DNA from: Azolla caroliniana
Taxonomy: Eukaryota > Plantae > Polypodiophyta
Reading direction: 5' to 3'
Length of the DNA stretch: 64,000 nucleotides
NCBI GenBank assembly: GCA_043228905.1
Contig: JBHGNT010000021.1
Coordinates: forward strand, 9,610,001-9,674,000
Within the stretch, counting starts at the first letter, position 1; every line of letters starts with the position of its first letter. A program made the position numbers and the translations under genes. Below the pieces are notes generated by a model. That model had not been told where the DNA came from and ran no database searches. It worked only from the letters and a program-made list of their open reading frames with translations. This document shows positions 62,017 to 64,000 of this stretch, piece by piece.

Positions 62017-64000
62017 TGTTATTCCTTAGGGCCGGATAATGGCCTAACACAGGGTGTCTACGGAAGACACTTCACCAAAGGGGTGTTATGACGAGATAAC
62101 TTAAGACTCAACGATTAATCCGACTTTAATTGGTTACTTAGCAATATGGCATTAACTTGATACACGCGTATGATAGAACAATTAGCACAGAACGACAATC
62201 AACATTTAAAGATAAACAAGAAGCTCTATTAATTATCCGTCAAAGTTTTACATTGTAACCGGGCCTTTATATAGGTCACCGGTGCTGAGTACAAAACGGT
62301 GCCAACCGGCACCTGTTCGGAACCGGTCCAGATCCGGATCGGCATACCGATTCCGGTTCGTCTGTTCACGTCTCATAAACTACTTAATTATAATCTACTT
62401 CGAATAAACAATCCCTTTCACATTCTGGTCTTTAACTCCTTTGTCGGCCGGGTAACACATGGCACGCCCGTGGGACAGTACCTTGTACGTCGAAACCCAC
62501 TATCCGGCCCTTAGACTTCGTCCAAGATATCCAGAATACTCTACTCTAGGGTTTCCAATGGTTCTTCGGAAATCTGTCGTTGCTGCTGTTGTGGCTGTTG
62601 TTGCTGTTGTGGCTGCTGCTGTTGTGACTCCGGCTCCTCCGACTGTTGCTCCTTAGATGGCGTCTGTTCGGCTCCCGGTACTGGCGGTTGTGGTGGTGAT
62701 TCCTCCATTAGCTGCTCAGCTAGATTTGACTCTGGTTGACTCGCCCCAGCCTTGTCTCCGTCCGGTCCTTGCCCCGGTGATGGCTCCTCATCGCTCAGGT
62801 TAACGGTCGCCGCCTGCTTTGCGTCTTCTTTCCGTAACCTGGTCCGCTCATAGCTTTCAAACTGGATTTGAGCATCCTGTTGATCATCGTCCAGCTATGC
62901 TAGTAGTTGCCGGACCACTACTGATTGTTCCTCCGCCAAAGTCTTTTGCTAACTCATCTCTTATGGTGGTGAAGTCCTCATTTGTTAGCATGTAGCAGTC
63001 GTCGCCATCCTTCTGCCAGTTTTCCGCGTCCGCCCTTAGCAATTGGAGCTCGGCTGTGCACTTTGCCCATTTGTCCCACCATTGCGAGGAGGTTTCATCA
63101 ATCAAGCATTTTGTCTTGTTCCTCCATACCTGGACAATGAACTGGATCCGCTCAAGCCCCATCTTCGATTTGTCCTCCGCGGCTTGCCGTTCTTCCTTCA
63201 ATTGCTTGATCAGCGTCACCCTGTCTGCCTCCTGCTCCCAGTAATGTGACAATTGGTTTTGGTATGTGGTCTGCAACCTCTGCAATACCATTGTCGCTCT
63301 TTCCTTTTCTTCATAATGTTGCTTATGGAGCTCCATAAGTTACCGCGCGGATTCCTCTAGTAGCGTTGTTCTTTCAGCCCGTCCTTCCGCTAGCGCTGTC
63401 TCGGCTCGATGAACTTCCTGCCGGAGCTCGGCCATCTTCTCCTGCTGCTTCTTATGCTCCGTATCCAGGTGCTTATAGTCCCGGTGTAGGTGCTCAAAAT
63501 CATCGGTCTTCAGCTTCAGCTTCTGGTTGAGTTGCCGGCGAGCGCGGTCTTCCCGATCTTTCTGTTGACGGAGTTCTTCCTTAAGTCTTTCAATCTCCGT
63601 TTCCGCCATCCGTCACAGCTTATCCTTTTCTTGCAACACTTTCTCTTTCTCCTCCTGAAGCCAGTCATATGCCTGATGTCCGTTCCGTAGATTCTCTTCT
63701 GCCCGGCAGAGGTTCTTCTTCTGCCGCTTTCTTCAAGTCCCTTTCTCGGGTGCGTAATGCTTCTTGTGCGGCCAATTCTTATTTCAAATCGGCAAGCTCT
63801 TTTGCTTGCGCCGCCACTGTCTCCGGGACTGGTTCCTTCTTCGGGGTCTTATTACTATGTATAGGTGTTGGTGTGTCTTTATTCTGTACATCTACTGGAG
63901 TCATCGATGCTTGGATCTGTGGTTTAGTTAAGGCCATTTTGGCCAATTCTTCTGTGGCCAGGTCCAAGTGTTGTTCTAGACTCCGGATCCTCGACCGGGC
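62017..64000 (-). mobile_element. LTR element L (runs off the window): LTR 62017-62457 plus a disrupted coiled-coil/Q-rich ORF ending at 62541
   Basis: TGTTA...TAACA termini; CTATATAAA on the minus strand near 62270; ORF pieces 62541-63967; tRNA-Arg-type motif 62460-62476. Confidence 0.7.

Noticed and set aside
62017-62514. DIRS-type ITR/ICR structure for element L
   Set aside because: TG...CA termini and a tRNA motif fit an LTR element; no tyrosine recombinase is visible in the window

Overview
This is eukaryotic, TE-dense land-plant DNA; the element types suggest a non-seed plant such as a fern (inference only). About 90% of the window is retroelement. Positions 1-36737 are one nest: an old minus-strand Copia (C) carries a second Copia (B, itself hit by Gypsy A), a solo LTR (D), a 21.9-kb Athila-like Gypsy (E, holding a gag-only element F and solo LTRs G and I) and a minus-strand Gypsy (H). 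Next come a degenerate repeat array, a truncated LINE, and the only clear host gene, an intronless RALF-like peptide gene (43980-44243, minus). A second nest follows (LINE > self-primed chromovirus J > young Copia K) with a staggered-break inversion beside it. The window ends with a Sola-like transposase fragment and LTR element L, which is cut by the window edge. Most notable findings: (1) an antisense tRNA-like Pol III cassette (A box and B box 32-33 nt apart) in the U3 of four different Gypsy LTR families; (2) a TGTCG...CGACA Gypsy lineage making 4-bp TSDs centred on CpG and sharing a covarying U5 hairpin; (3) a -1 frameshift site with pseudoknot placed after the protease in H; (4) a second aspartic protease after integrase in E; (5) an LTR with a tRNA-Arg 3'-end motif where a PPT is expected. 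All calls come from manual reading; no searches were run.
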